From Squalus acanthias (taxonomy: Eukaryota), in NCBI GenBank assembly GCA_030390025.1, contig CM059433.1, positions 10,108,001 to 10,172,000 on the forward strand: 64,000 nucleotides of DNA, in the 5' to 3' direction. The notes beneath the pieces are model-generated. The model searched no databases and had not been told where the DNA came from. It saw only the letters and a program-made list of their open reading frames with translations. Shown piece by piece: positions 48,241 to 60,677 of the stretch. Numbering within the stretch: position 1 is the first letter of the stretch; each line of letters opens with the position of its first letter. The translations under genes and the position numbers were made by a program.

Positions 48241-49294
48241 GTGTCGCACACAGTCTGCGTGCAGGCTCCAGCTGCTGAAAGTGCTTCTAGATTATGTTGA
48301 CATGTGCAGCGTGCAAGAGGTGCGGAGTGGGCCTCAGGTTTCTACACCCAATAATATGGGGGCCACTAATCACATTGTCAGCTTCATTACATCACAGTTT
48401 GCTGATGTAAATCCAATGATGTATAACCAGAAACAGGACAACGTATTTTAAGTTATTTCACATCCTTTTCTTGAACCTAATAGTCTTCCTCCAAAATAAC
48501 AGAAATGGGTGTGGAACCAGAACATAATTTAATGTTGGCTGAAAAAAAAAACGTGATTTGCTCACTTAAATCATTTCCATTCTTGCAATATATCTGTCCC
48601 ATCATGATGGATGATCGTGATCAAGAAACTTTTACATACAAATGTGGACTAAGGCGCAACGAAGAACTAGCTGCTTCTCTTCTGTACATTATTCTGACTA
48701 CAGATGCTTCAATACAAGGAATATCATTTTTTCCCCCCTTCTTGACATAGCAGTACAACACGATTCTTCCAGCCTTATTTGTGTGTAGTTTGCAGTTCTG
48801 GCCCAGTTTGTTCCAGATCTTATTTTACCCGCTGGCAGTAAATATTATCACCCAGCATCATTAAGGCACTACATTAATTAGGGTGTGTTCTGTTAGTAAT
48901 AGCACTGCAGAAGGTATTTTTTTGCTTCAGTCATTTAGTGCTCAACTCTGGCATTAATTAAACCAATTTCCAGCTGGTCTTATTAAGGTCAGAGCCATAT
49001 AAATTTCCTTGAGCTAACAGACCCCTATACTAACACAGAGGCTGATGTGTCTGGCTGTTTCGGTCAGGCAAAGAAAAGACCGTTTGCAGTGGGTTTATTG
49101 GCCCCGCTGGAGTTTTCTGGCTCCTAGTGAAAAGCAAATCAGACATAAATTGAGATTCAGTAGACAATGCCATTTGGTCTATGTGACGTGCTGCTGGGGG
49201 TTTAAACTTGCACACTGTAGATAGTACAGTTTGGAGCTGTGAAATCAACAGCAGCTTTCAAATCTTAAGCTACTGGCTCTTTTCAATCTTCTCT

Positions 49295-49730
49295 TTTGTT
49301 TTATTTATTCATTCATGGGATGTGGGCGTCGCTGGCAAGGCCGGCATTTATTGCCCATCCCTAATTGCCCCTCTGAAGGTGGTGGTGAGCCGCCTTATTT
49401 GAACCGCTGCCGTCCGTGTGGTGAAGGTACTCCCACAGTGCTGTTAGGGAGGGAGTTCCAGGATTTTAACCCAGTGACGGTGAAGGATCGGCGATATACT
49501 TCCAAGTCAGGATGGTGTGTGACTTGGAGGGGAACTTGGAGGTGGTGGTGTTCCCATGCGCCTGCTGCCCTTGTCCTTCTAGATGGTAGAGGTCGCGGGT
49601 TTGGGAATTGATGTCGAATAAGCCTCAGCGAGTTACTGCAGTGCATCTTGTAGATGTTTACACTGCAGTCACGTTGCTTCCGTGGTAGAGGAAATGAATG
49701 TTAAGCTGGTGGATGGGATGCTGATCAAGA
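49295..49730 (-). mobile_element. Poly(A)-tailed LINE 3' fragment (11645 family)
   Basis: MHCSNSLRL..RRTRAAGAWEHHHLQVPLQVTHHPDLE. Confidence 0.8.
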
Positions 49731-51131
49731 TGTTAGTGAGGAGGACTTTACAGGGTTGACTGGGACGGGTGTTCCTCCTGGCCCCTCAATAAGTTAAGTA
49801 AAAAAGTCAAACTTTCCTTTTGGGTGGCAGCCTTCAACGATTACTTTAAGGACCACTGAGCACCTGAAGAAAATGACCACAGCATGCACAGCGCGTGCTG
49901 CACTCATTTGCAGGCCACTTTCTCGAAGGGGCCTTAAACAGGCATTAGGCTCCGATTTGCATAGGCAATGGATGTAACGTCTGTAAAATGGGTGCAGTGC
50001 CATCGAATTTCTAGGCCATTTTATCTTAGTCAAGCCCTCTTTCCACCATTTCACGTGGCCAAAAACACCAAGAGTAACTGCAACAAGACCTGTTGAAATT
50101 CTGGCCCTGAAATTGCACGGGGTGGGGTGGGGGTTCTACCGGTCTCCTGTCTTAACTCCAGCAGAACGCCGGCAAAAAATCCAGGGAAATGATGTGCATG
50201 GCCAGTTAGGGTGGCAGACCAGTACAGTCCAGCTGCAATTTCAGGACCTGAATTTCAACAGGCTATTTCACCATGAAGGCCATCGCAGCTGAGCTTGATC
50301 CTGATCCTGTCCTAACTGATGTCCACACTGGATAATGTCAGGAGTGGGAGCCATAACTGATTTCCCCCTCTCTAACCCAGGATCGCTGAGACCAATTGTA
50401 GAACCCCCTACTCTACCCGCAGCTGATTCAGCACGGATGGGGTTTGAGCTTGCATTGTAAGGTTTAATATGACACTATGCAGTTCTGTTAATGACTATGC
50501 CATTGGGCGAATGAAGATGTATGTTTTACAGAAAAGACTATTGAAATTATTTTCTTTCAACTACGGTGTCCATTTGATGTGACTGGGTTAACCAGTATGC
50601 ATAGAGGAATTCCAACTCCCCAAGTTATTTATTTATTTGAGAAAACCATCTATTTCAGCTCCCTTGGTGGCTTAATGGGGCATGCGTCACACCATGTGGG
50701 ACTTAGTCACAGACCAGGAAGGAGTGCTACAATTGGTCTCAACGTCCCAAGGCGGAGGGAGGGGAATTCCAATCAGCAAGAGCTTCTGCTCCTGATGTGG
50801 TGTGTGCGTGCACGCGCGTGCAGGCAACGGACCAGGACAAAATTAGCACAAGTGTGCAGTCCTCAGTGATGTGGTAACCTGCTGACATTGTCCCCAGTCA
50901 CACATAAAGAATAACCGCTCGTGTGAGGTGCCCTGTGGTACTTAATCCCAGCATAACTCGGCACCTGCAGGAGGGGAGGGGAGAAAGAATGTATCAATCT
51001 TTTGAAAAGGCATTTAATTCCTTCAAATGCTTGTGTCAGTATGCGTTATGGACAGATTTTTAAAAAAAAGTTACCTTATTAAAAAAAAAGGTGAAATCTA
51101 AAACAGAATAAATTATAACTGCAGTTGGGAG

Positions 51132-51585
51132 CAGGGTTGCCAACACTGGTTGGACGTGTTCCTGGAGGTTTCATTATGTGATCTGCCTCCAACAGCCCCG
51201 CCCGGCCAAACAGCCATTTTTTATTCGTACATGGAATGTGGGCGTTGCTGGCAAGGCCAGCATTTATTGCCCTTGAGAAGGTGGTGGTGAGCCACCTTCT
51301 TGAACCGCTGCAGTCCGTGTGGTGAAGGTACTCCCACCGTGTTGTTAGGGAGGGAGTTCCAGGATTTTGACCCAGCGACGATAAAGGATCGGCTGATATA
51401 CTTCTAATTTTTTTCCCCCATCTCGAATAAACGAAAGTGTTGAAAGAAAATGTAAAAAAAAACCCCCACATTTTGGTTTTAATGCCTCTGTGATTTTTCT
51501 CCCGAGTTACTCGCCCCAGGGTCCAGGAGGTTAATCTTTAATTCTCGGAGACTCCCAGGCCAATCCTGGAGGGTTGGCGACCTTA
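51132..51585. mobile_element. hAT-like MITE with a nested LINE 3' end (~51215-51395, minus)
   Basis: TIRs CAGGGTTGCCAAC / GTTGGCGACCTTA; 8-bp TSD GTTGGGAG / GTTGTGAG. Confidence 0.75.
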
Positions 51586-52010
51586 GTTGTGAGGCTGAAC
51601 TGTTGTGTGAGGTCAGGTAATGTGGCTGCTCTGTTTGGCGCTGACATCAAGGCCTCGTTGTTCCAGCAGTGGTGCCTGTAAAGCACTGGCCACAACCCTT
51701 CACTGAAACCCTCCGCTCATTCCCACAGTAGTTTGAAAATGTTTCCTTTGCACTTACTAGAGTTTAGAAGCATGAGAGGGGATCTCATTGAAACGTATAA
51801 AATTCTGACAGGGCTAGACAGACTGGGTGCAGGGAGGATGTTTCCCCTGGCTGGGGGGGGTCTAGAACGAGGGGTCACAGTCTCAGGATACGGGGGTAGG
51901 ACATTTAGGACTGAGATGAGGAGAAATTTCTTCACTCAGAGGGTGGTGAACCTGTGGAATTCTCTACCACAGAAGGCTGTGGAGGCCAAGTCACTGAATA
52001 TATTTAAGAA

Positions 52011-52223
52011 TGAGAAGTCGCACAACACCAGGTTATAGTCCAACAGTTTTATTCGAAATCACAAGCTTTCGGAGCTGCTGCTCCTTCGTCAGGTGAAGTG
52101 AAGGAATACGAATCGGCACAGCATATATAGACAGAGAACAATGCATGTGCAGCGTACAATGTCAGACGACTACAGTTAATCTTTCTGACTGCCTTTTATC
52201 ACACCTCGGCAGAGAGACAATTT
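52011..52223 (-). mobile_element. Penelope terminal fragment
   Basis: Terminal repeat sequence and a 13-bp TSD ATATATTTAAGAA (51998-52010, 52224-36). Confidence 0.9.
52059..52096 (-). ncRNA. Candidate minimal type-I hammerhead ribozyme in a Penelope terminal repeat
   Basis: Minus strand reads UCAC CUGACGA A GGAGC agca GCUCC GAAA GC UU GUGA: stem I UCAC/GUGA, core CUGANGA and GAAA, 5-bp stem II, minimal palindromic stem III (AAGCUU). Confidence 0.65.
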
Positions 52224-53791
52224 ATATATTTAAGAAGGAGATAGATAGATTTCTAGACACAAAAGGCATCAAGGGGTATGGGGAGAGAGCGGGAATATGG
52301 TATTGAGATAGAGGATCAGCCATGATCATACTGAATGGCGGAGCAGGCTCGAAGGGCCGAATGGCCTACTCCTGCTCCTATGTTTCCATGTGAGTTATCT
52401 TGGCACTTTGCCAATTCTGAGTCCCACTCAAGCTTGTAACTACAATTTACAGTCACTTTACAATTGAAGATTACAAATTGTTAAACCACCCCCGCTTGCG
52501 ACACACCTTTTTAATGCTGTACTCGGGATGTATTTGATTATCACCGAGTTCCAAAATGCTTTTCTCTATAAATCAAATCTGGTTAAGGCTAAATCTTGCC
52601 AGAATTAAAAGTCTGCACATGCTTCGTCCAGGGCTGGATTTAAAACATTCTGGACGTGTAATAGAGCCCAACAATGTGTAAATACTGCCTTTATCAGTGT
52701 GAATAACATCGGCTGCAGCTGATGAGGAGAGCCACAGAATGAGAGCGAGACACAGAATCCTGGACGGACTGCTCTCTCTCTCGTGTGTGTGTGTGTGATA
52801 CAAATGCAATGTTTTGATGATTTTTCAAAATATTTGACTCATCCGTTAAACACAGACGCAATCAATAAACTAATCAGTTCTGAGAATAATTGATTTTCAC
52901 ACCTCTCGAGTGGGGTCACCTCGCTGTGACAAGAAGTTTATACAGATGGTAAGGATCAGACAGACACGCAGTGATGCAGAACTATGCCCCCAGAAACACA
53001 GCAGGCTGCAATCGCTCTTTCAGCATTGTCTTGGTAAACTAAGCGTAGCGGAAAAAACAGTGGAAAACAGAGCACGAGTAATCCTGGTGCCCTGGCCTTA
53101 CAGACGAGGGTGAAAGGAAAGTTGCCCTGTCATTATATTTTGGTCTCAAGGTTAGAATGAAACCCTTAGGGTAAGCAGCTGTCAATTAGAGATAGCTCTT
53201 ACCCAATTCACTGTCTGGAATCATAGACTTATCTCCTAGCAACTGGGAGAACTCTTCATTCATGGTCACTAACCTTAGCACTGCCACCAAATCAAACGCC
53301 ATGGAAGAGACAGAAAAATAACCTTTTCAGATTGGACAGATGCACTCAATAAAAGGCTGAATGGAGAACTTGACCAAAAACTAGCACAATCCATTCTGAG
53401 CAACAGCAAAAAAAAAATGGATCTTTTTAGAATAGCTAATTAAACTTTCAAACGGAAATATATACTTTTCAACGTGCTGAAACAGCTATTAGATTTTCTC
53501 ACATGCTGAACAATAGGTTCGCTTTGTTGAAACAGAACAAGAGTAGTATTGCTAGTTATAAGACTGCTATTGTTTGCAACATGCCTTTGAATCAGGCCTC
53601 CTAGTGTATTGTTGATGCCATCAAGTCACTAATACGGCACAGCTTACAAGATTCTGTCATTTAGTACCACCTTGATACCTAGCCATGCTTCAGTGCATGT
53701 GCAAACAAGGAGGATGATCTTTCAGGAGACACAGAACTGAATTGTCCTTGACAAAGATTTATTACTAACACATGGCTGTTCGACGTAGTGG

Positions 53792-53950
53792 GGGTGAAAT
53801 TCCACAGGGGAGCTTCTGCCTGCCCGCCGTAACTTTGGCAGAAGGGCCACGGCAACCCCCTGGAAAACAACATTAATTTTCGGAGGATTCCGCAGCTCTA
53901 TCACTTAAGTCACAGTGGACAAGCGGGAGAACCCCCGCGGAATTTACCCC
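53792..53950. mobile_element. Harbinger-like MITE
   Basis: TIRs GGGTGAAATTCC / GGAATTTACCCC; TSD TGG. Confidence 0.7.
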
Positions 53951-53962
53951 TGGTAACACAGT

Positions 53963-54663
53963 AGGCCCGAAATTCCAGGAGACCCAGTCCAGCAGCAGAA
54001 AGTGTGGTGGGGTGGAATTCCCGGCCACCCAATGAGCCCACCACAGACCCTGTCTGAAATTGCAGGGTTGAGGGGGTCATTAACATACTCACTATAGGCC
54101 AAAGAATCTTTGGAATTCTCTGCCCCAGAGGGCTGTGAATGCTGAGTCTTTGAGTATATTCAAGGCTGAGACAGATAGATTTTTGGGACTCATGGGGAAA
54201 TCAAGGGATACGGAGATCGGGCGGGAGAAAGTGGAGTTGAGGTCGATGATCAGCCATGATCTTATTGAATGGCGGAGCAGGCTCAAGGGGCCGTATGGCC
54301 TACTCCTGTTCTTATTTCTTATGTTCTTATGTTCTTCCGCCTGTAAAGCTGAATCAGCGACACCCACCCTGACAGAGGCCCAGAAAGTCAGAGCAGTGCT
54401 CGCAGAGGAAGCCCGGGAAGGTCTTCCCCGGGACACAGAGCAGCCCAGCTTTGCAGCTCCCAAAGAGGCTGCGGCGCCGTCTCTGGAACTTAATTGATCC
54501 CCTCTGGGATCGATTACCTGCTCCCTCCTGCATTTTGGACCCATAACAAAACCTAAGCCACTGAGCACCACGTTCACTTTATGTAGGGGCATAATCCTGG
54601 TAGGACTGGTCCCACACCACTTGCGCCGGTGATGCATCGAGGCCAGATCAGAATTTTGGCCCC
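53963..54663. mobile_element. Harbinger-like MITE with a nested CR1 3' end (~54105-54335, +)
   Basis: TIRs AGGCCCGAAATTC / GAATTTTGGCCCC; TSD AGT. Confidence 0.7.
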
Positions 54664-55557
54664 AGTAATACTTTGGGTCAGAGAAGACCATTGGTTCATC
54701 TCGACTACCATGCCAAGTCTCCCATCAGTTTCCTCACCTGTTTCTAGAACTATTAGCCCTGTGTCTCCTTTACTAACAGTAGCCTCTCTCTCTAAACTAT
54801 GTGTACAATGAATAATTGTTCAGGTGAGATACTGGACTGGCTTCTGACACCTTTGGAACCCACTCCAGCATGAAGAGAGGAGGATCCCAGGGAAAAGCTG
54901 AGGTGGAAGAAAGTCTTACGTGTATAAAAATCAATGAAGTTTATATGTCATAAATCATCAACTGCTCAATAAATAGTTGATGGTTTCTGGCTCTATTTAT
55001 ATCAATTATATATCACCTTTAGGTGGTAGCAGTGTAGTAGGCTGAAAAGGGAAACAGTGAGCAAGAGCCCTCAGCGCTGGATCCATCACTTTTTGGGGGA
55101 CGGAGTATTAGATCAGGCACGTGCTCGCGATCCCAGGTAGAATGAAGAGGTTAACCTTACCGTGTCCCAGCTTCAGGCAGCTCTTGCCATCCTACTTTAA
55201 TCAGCCTTGGTTGCGTCATTAGCCTTGTGCTGGAGTGAATCCGAGTCAACTCAGAAGCAAAGCTGATCTGCTGTTGGATTACGCACTCTGGAGACTCACT
55301 AGCACATAAACACACCTTCTCCAGAGACTAAAGTACCCAAAATAATTGCTTTAAACTAGAGGGACATTATGTGGAGCCAGACAACACTAAGCCTGTGTGT
55401 GTGTGTCTCTGGTGAATAGTTGCCACTGATCTGTGAATTGATATACGGTGGCAGGGCAGGGAGTACCAAACTCATTTAGGTTGGAGGAAGGATATAACAA
55501 TTCAATGTTCTGGTCATAGAGCTGTGTCACTATTCTCACTGAAGATTTAAATTGGAA

Positions 55558-56088
55558 GGGGGAAAAATTCGGTTGCTTTGCACCTCTGTCGGGGCGCTAA
55601 CGGGGCGCAAAGCACCTAGCGCCCGGGCGCGGCACCGCTAACGCCTCCCGCGAAATTCAGCGGGAGGTTACCGGCGGCAGTAGCCGGTAGCGCCCCGCGG
55701 CGCTGCGCCTCCGGCAATGACATCATCACCGTGCGCAGCGCCCTGCTCACACCCCAGCCGCAAATTTGGCTCGCGCCCCTGACCTACCGCCGGATGCTAT
55801 GTCTGACAGGGTCAGGGTGCCATGTTTGCGGCCGCCCCCTCTGGACTCCTTTAATCAGGGGAGGGAGGCCTGCAGTACCGCGGCGCTACGTGCCGACACA
55901 CGTAGTTCTGTGATATTGAATGGGAGCGGCCCAAGAGGGAGGGGGAGCGCTTCCAGTAGCACCCCGCCTCCTGCTTGGGGCGCTACCATTCAATTTCCAG
56001 CATGGGGGCGCTAACTTTTTCGGGGCGCTAAAAGTAGCGCCCCAGTGAAGTTATCGTCCCAAAGGGGGCGCGACCCAATTTCCCCCCA
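55558..56088. mobile_element. CpG-rich Harbinger-like MITE with repeated GGGGCGCTA/TAGCGCCC motifs
   Basis: Imperfect 19-bp TIRs GGGGGAAAAATTCGGTTGC / GCGACCCAATTTCCCCCCA; TSD GAA. Confidence 0.75.
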
Positions 56089-56509
56089 GAAATGTCTACA
56101 CTTAGGGATCCATAAAAAATCTATCTTATGAAGTGACAAAATACTCAGAGGTTTACCTAGTGTCTTAAAAGCCTGGACATGTTACGCAAAAGTCAATCTC
56201 TAGGGTAAACCTGGAAGTTTGATCTGACGCAGCAGGGTTTCCTGGATAGTGATCAGGAACTCTGGCCAGTCTTCCCCTTTCTAACCTAGAGCTGCTAAAG
56301 GCAGCTCGAGCACACTTCCTGCAGCTCCTGCAAAAATCAACTAACTCAACACAGACTGTGGATTGAATATGAGACCTTTCTGGTCTGTATAGTAATAAAC
56401 TCACTGAACCTTTAGGGAAGCTCCCATTCTTATCTATATAATGCAATGGGTTGTAACTGCCTCAGGGCAAACCAATCTTTCAGTGGTGGCCTCAAACAGG
56501 CGTTAGGCC

Positions 56510-56700
56510 CCTTCATCGTCGCTGGGTCAAAATCCTGGAACTCCCTCCCTAAGAGCACTGTGGGAGTACCTTCACCACACGGACTGCAGCGGTTCAAGAA
56601 GGCGGCTCACCACCATAGTCTCAAGGGTAATTAGGGATGGGCAATAAATGCTGGCCTTGCCAGCGACGCCCACATCCCATAAACGAATAATAAAAAAAAA
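56510..56700 (+). mobile_element. Poly(A)-tailed LINE 3' end (11645 family)
   Basis: cttcatcgtcgctgggtcaaaatcctggaactccc..gcccacatccc followed by an A tail. Confidence 0.8.
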
Positions 56701-57809
56701 TATGCAGATGTAAAGGGTTTAATGCCTGCTTCAGGCGAGGGCACTGCACGCCGATTTTTTTTGGCCTTTACCAATATGGCGGGCAGCACACTCCCGGATC
56801 GTAATGAGCGTGCGCTTCCTGTCCACCATAGTGGAGGTATAGGAGGCCGCTTAGAGCCCAAAGAACAGGACGGCCTGGGCCTCTTCTGGCCCACGATCCT
56901 CCTCCCAACAGGTGTGGCCTGACGAGAAAGCCGTCACTGCTCCCCTGTTCACGCTCGGACTAAAATAGCAGATCGGGTCCCGATGATGTCATCAAGACCC
57001 AATCCGCATATTTACACAGGACACCGTCAGCTTGGGGCTGCTCAAAGGAGCAGGTTAATGTTCAGGACTCATCGGGAATGTAGCGGGATCAGAGGGGGTA
57101 AGTCGATCCCCTCATTTTAACTGCCCCCCGCACCCGCCCCCGCCCCCCACCGGGCCTGGTCTCCACCAGCTCTGTAATAAATGATCCTGTCCATATTGTA
57201 GGCTCTAAATCCAAAATTAAAATGTTGCTTCGTTCAGTCGTATGCAAAGATTCTCGACAAAAGGGGTCCAGGGTCTGCCCTTCGAGAATTCAGCAAGGAG
57301 ACTGCAACCACCCCCCACCCCCCACCCACCCCATAATAACATCATCAGAGGACTATACCAGTAAAAACAGTAGCTACACAAGTATGAAAATATTGGACAC
57401 CTGGCAGTAGGCCCCTTTCACAATGGAGCATCGTCAGTGTTAATGCAGCAGTAAGGCTACTGACCCCATTTTGAGGCCGTTACTGCCCCATTAACACCAG
57501 GCGAGGGCATTCAAAATCGACCCCAATGTGTTGCATCACAGACTGGTGGGCTACAGCTTCATGCGTGCCTGACACAGTAACTTATTAATCTCAGCGATGT
57601 AATTGCTGCTAAGAATCATGTACAGAGAAAATTAGTGGGTCAGTGGCCTCTTGACCTTACAGACATCTCTTTGCAGCCAGTATTAGCGAGACATTGGCAG
57701 AGGCCTCCTCTCTCGGCCAGGTGTAGTGAAGGATTCTATGTCTGGAGATTGCGGTTGGCACAATACCTTACACTGGCAGCAATTGTGAAGTCAGGGTGGA
57801 TGGTGGTGG

Positions 57810-58535
57810 ATCCTGTCTACGTCATCCTGACGTCTATGACTATCCTCGTCACTGTCTATTACATTGCCAAGCTTCAGATCATCTGTAAACTTTATAATGC
57901 TGCTCCCTACACCTGAGTCCAGGTCGTTTATAAAAAGTGAAAAGAGTAATGGACCCAAAACTGACCCTTGGGGAACACCACAGCACACCACCTCCCAGTC
58001 TGAAAAACACCCATCCACCACCACCCTCTGCTTCCTGTCACTGAGCCAATTCCGTATCCATCCCACCACTTTCCCCTTAATTCCATGGGCTTCCATCTTC
58101 TTAGCAAGCCGCCTGTGTGGCACTTTGTCGAATACCTTCCAAAAGTCCATATATACAACATCTACTGCACTACCTTGATCAACCTTCTCTGTGACCTCAT
58201 CAAAGAATTCAATCAAATTAGTCAGACACAATTTGCCTTTAACAAATCTATGCTGGATCCCCTTGATTAACAAATGCCTTTCCAAATAAAAGGTTTTTTT
58301 GTCCCTGATAATGGTTTTCAATAAACTTCCCCACCACCGATGTACGGCTGACTGGCTTGTAGTTTCCTGGTTTATCCCTCTCCCCTTTCTTGAATAGTGG
58401 TATAACATTAGCAACAATCCAGTATTACTCCTGTATCCAATGAGGATTGAAAGATTGTGACCAATGCCTCTGCTATTCCTACCTTTGCTTCTTTCAGCAA
58501 CCTAGGGTACATTTCATCTGGACCAGGTGACTTAC
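57810..58535 (-). mobile_element. Old CR1 RT-domain fragment
   Basis: [45 protein letters not shown]. Confidence 0.88.
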
Positions 58536-58539
58536 CAAC

Positions 58540-58950
58540 ATACCAGAGCTTAAAGGGTTAAATTATGAGGACAGGTTGCATAAACTTGGCCTGCATTGAA
58601 GCGGAAGGGTGATCTAATTGCAGTGTTTAAAATGAAGAAAGGATTCAACAGTGAAACTATTTCCTCTGGTGGGGAATCACGAACAAGGGGCATATTCTTA
58701 AAATTAGAGCTATTCCATTTAGGAGTTAAATCAGGAAGCATTGCTTCACACAAATGGTATGGATGCTGGGGGTCAATTGAAATTTTCAAGACCGAGATCG
58801 ATAGATTTCTGTTGGGTAAGGTTATCAAGGGATATGGATCAACGATGGGTGAATGGAGTTGAGGTACAGACCAGCCATGATCTAATTGAATAGCAATTGA
58901 ATAGCGGAACAGGCTCGAGGGGCTGAATGGTCTACTCCTGTTCTTATGAG
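58540..58950 (+). mobile_element. Old CR1 3' fragment
   Basis: IPELKGLNYEDRL..GDLIAVFK, followed by a CR1 3'UTR. Confidence 0.8.
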
Positions 58951-59152
58951 AGCTCCTGAAGCAGTACAAAAGAGGGCTCTCAGTTGCAGCTAACTAGATC
59001 ACAGGATCTTTAGCTGTGTGGTTGTCCAGGAGAGGTTCCAGCTTCTAGATAGCTACTTCAACAGTTTTCTTGCCTTACAACCCTTTAGTCAGATCTCTCT
59101 ACTTATTATGGGTGCCATTCTTGCTTCTTTAGTCTGATGGAGCAAGCCTGGC

Positions 59153-59708
59153 ATTGTGTGCAGTTTTGGTCGCCTTATCTGAGGAAGGATGTTCTTGCCA
59201 TGGAGGGAGTGCAGCGAAGATTCACCAGACTGATACCTGGGATGGCAGGAATGAAGTATGAAGAGAGATTGGGTCGATTAGGCTTATATTCGCTAGAGTT
59301 TCGAAGAATGAGAGGGGATCTCATTGAAACTTATAAAATTCTAACAGGACTAGACAGACTAGATGCAGGAAGGATGTTCCCGATGGCAGGGGAGTCCAGA
59401 ACCAGGGGTCACAGTCTAAGGATAAGGGGTAAGCCATTTAGGACTGAGATGAGGAGGAATTTCTTCACCCAGAGAGTGGTGAACCTGTGGAATTCTCTAC
59501 CACAGAAGACAGTTGAGGCCAATTCATTAAATATATTCAAGAAGGAGATAGATATATTTCTTAAGGCTAAAGGGATCAAGGGATATGGGGAGAAAGCAGG
59601 GACAGGGTACTGAATTTGGATGATCAGCCATGATCTCATTAAATGGCGGAGCAGGCTCGAGGGGCCGAATGGCCTACTCCTGCTCCTATCTTCTATGCTT
59701 CTATGCTT
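59153..59708 (+). mobile_element. CR1 3' fragment
   Basis: Open ORF2 C-terminus ending at 59613; (ttctatgc)n tail. Confidence 0.92.
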
Positions 59709-60660
59709 ACAGGAGGAGGAGCAGCAGCAGCAGCGTAAGCCTCAGCAACCACCACCACCAACAGCCTGGCCTCTCAGAAGACAACAGGTGAGGGGGCCAT
59801 ACCCAGCACACAGGGTCTACAGGCCAAAAGTCACCTTCTTGGACCGCTCTGAAGAGCAGTGCAGGAGGAAGCTGTGCTTCTCCAGCCAGGCCATCACCGA
59901 CCTTTGCAACTTCCTGCAACAGGACCTGCTGCCTGTTGGACCAGGCGGACATGCCATGCCAGTGGCCCTTAAACTCGCCACAGACCTGACTCTTTACGCC
60001 AACGGCTCCTTTCAGTCTGCTACAAGGGGGACATCAGCCGCATCTCCCAGTCTGCAGTTCACGGCTGCATTAAGCAGGTGACTGACGTCCTCTTTGCCAG
60101 GGCGGAGCAGTACATCACCTTCCTCACTGACCTCAGCAGTCAACAGGACAGAGCTCCGGGGATTTGCAGCAGTGGCTGGCCTCCCTCGCCTGTAGGCCGT
60201 CATTGACTGCACACACGTGGCCACCAGAGCACCAGCCAGCAGCATTCATCAACAGAAAAGTATTCCACTCTTTATCAATGTGCAGCTGGTAGCTGACCAC
60301 AGGGACAACATCACGCAGGTCTGTGCAAATCACCAATGGGAGCTGCCGCAATGTTTTTATCCTCAGACACTCTATCATCCCCCCCCGCCATTCTACCCTG
60401 TGAGGAATGTGTCAGGATGGTTGCTGGGGGACAAGGCAATGTACCCTAGAGAGAGAGTGTCCTGCATCATCATGACCTGCTGCATGTCGCACAACATCGT
60501 ATTGCAGAGAGCCCCGCATCGGGAGCAGGCAGAGCAGCAGCAGCGGTCATCATCAGACGAGGAAGACTAGGGGGAGAGAGAGGAAGCAGCAGAGGACGGA
60601 GGTCCACCTCAGTACCTTGCAGCCGGAGATGTCAGGGGTCAGCCGAATGGCCTCCTTTTG
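59709..60660 (+). pseudogene. Harbinger DDE transposase (HARBI1-like) remnant
   Basis: HRVYRPKVTFLDRSEEQCRRKLCFS..LQQDL..AMPVALKL..LYANGSFQ, then VIDCTHVA, INVQLVADH, GWLLGDK and IIMTCCMSHN, across frameshifts, a stop and a deletion. Confidence 0.85.
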
Positions 60661-60677
60661 TGCCGTTATGACTCTAT

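Larger units (their letters stand above)
51757..52390 (+). mobile_element. CR1 3' fragment split by a Penelope insertion
   Basis: LEFRSMRGDLIETYKIL..NFFTQRVVNLWNSLP; resumes at 52237. Confidence 0.9.

Noticed and set aside
59709..60660. Host HARBI1 gene
   Set aside because: Multiple frameshifts, a stop, an internal deletion and a CR1 insertion at its 5' end mark it as a transposon relic.
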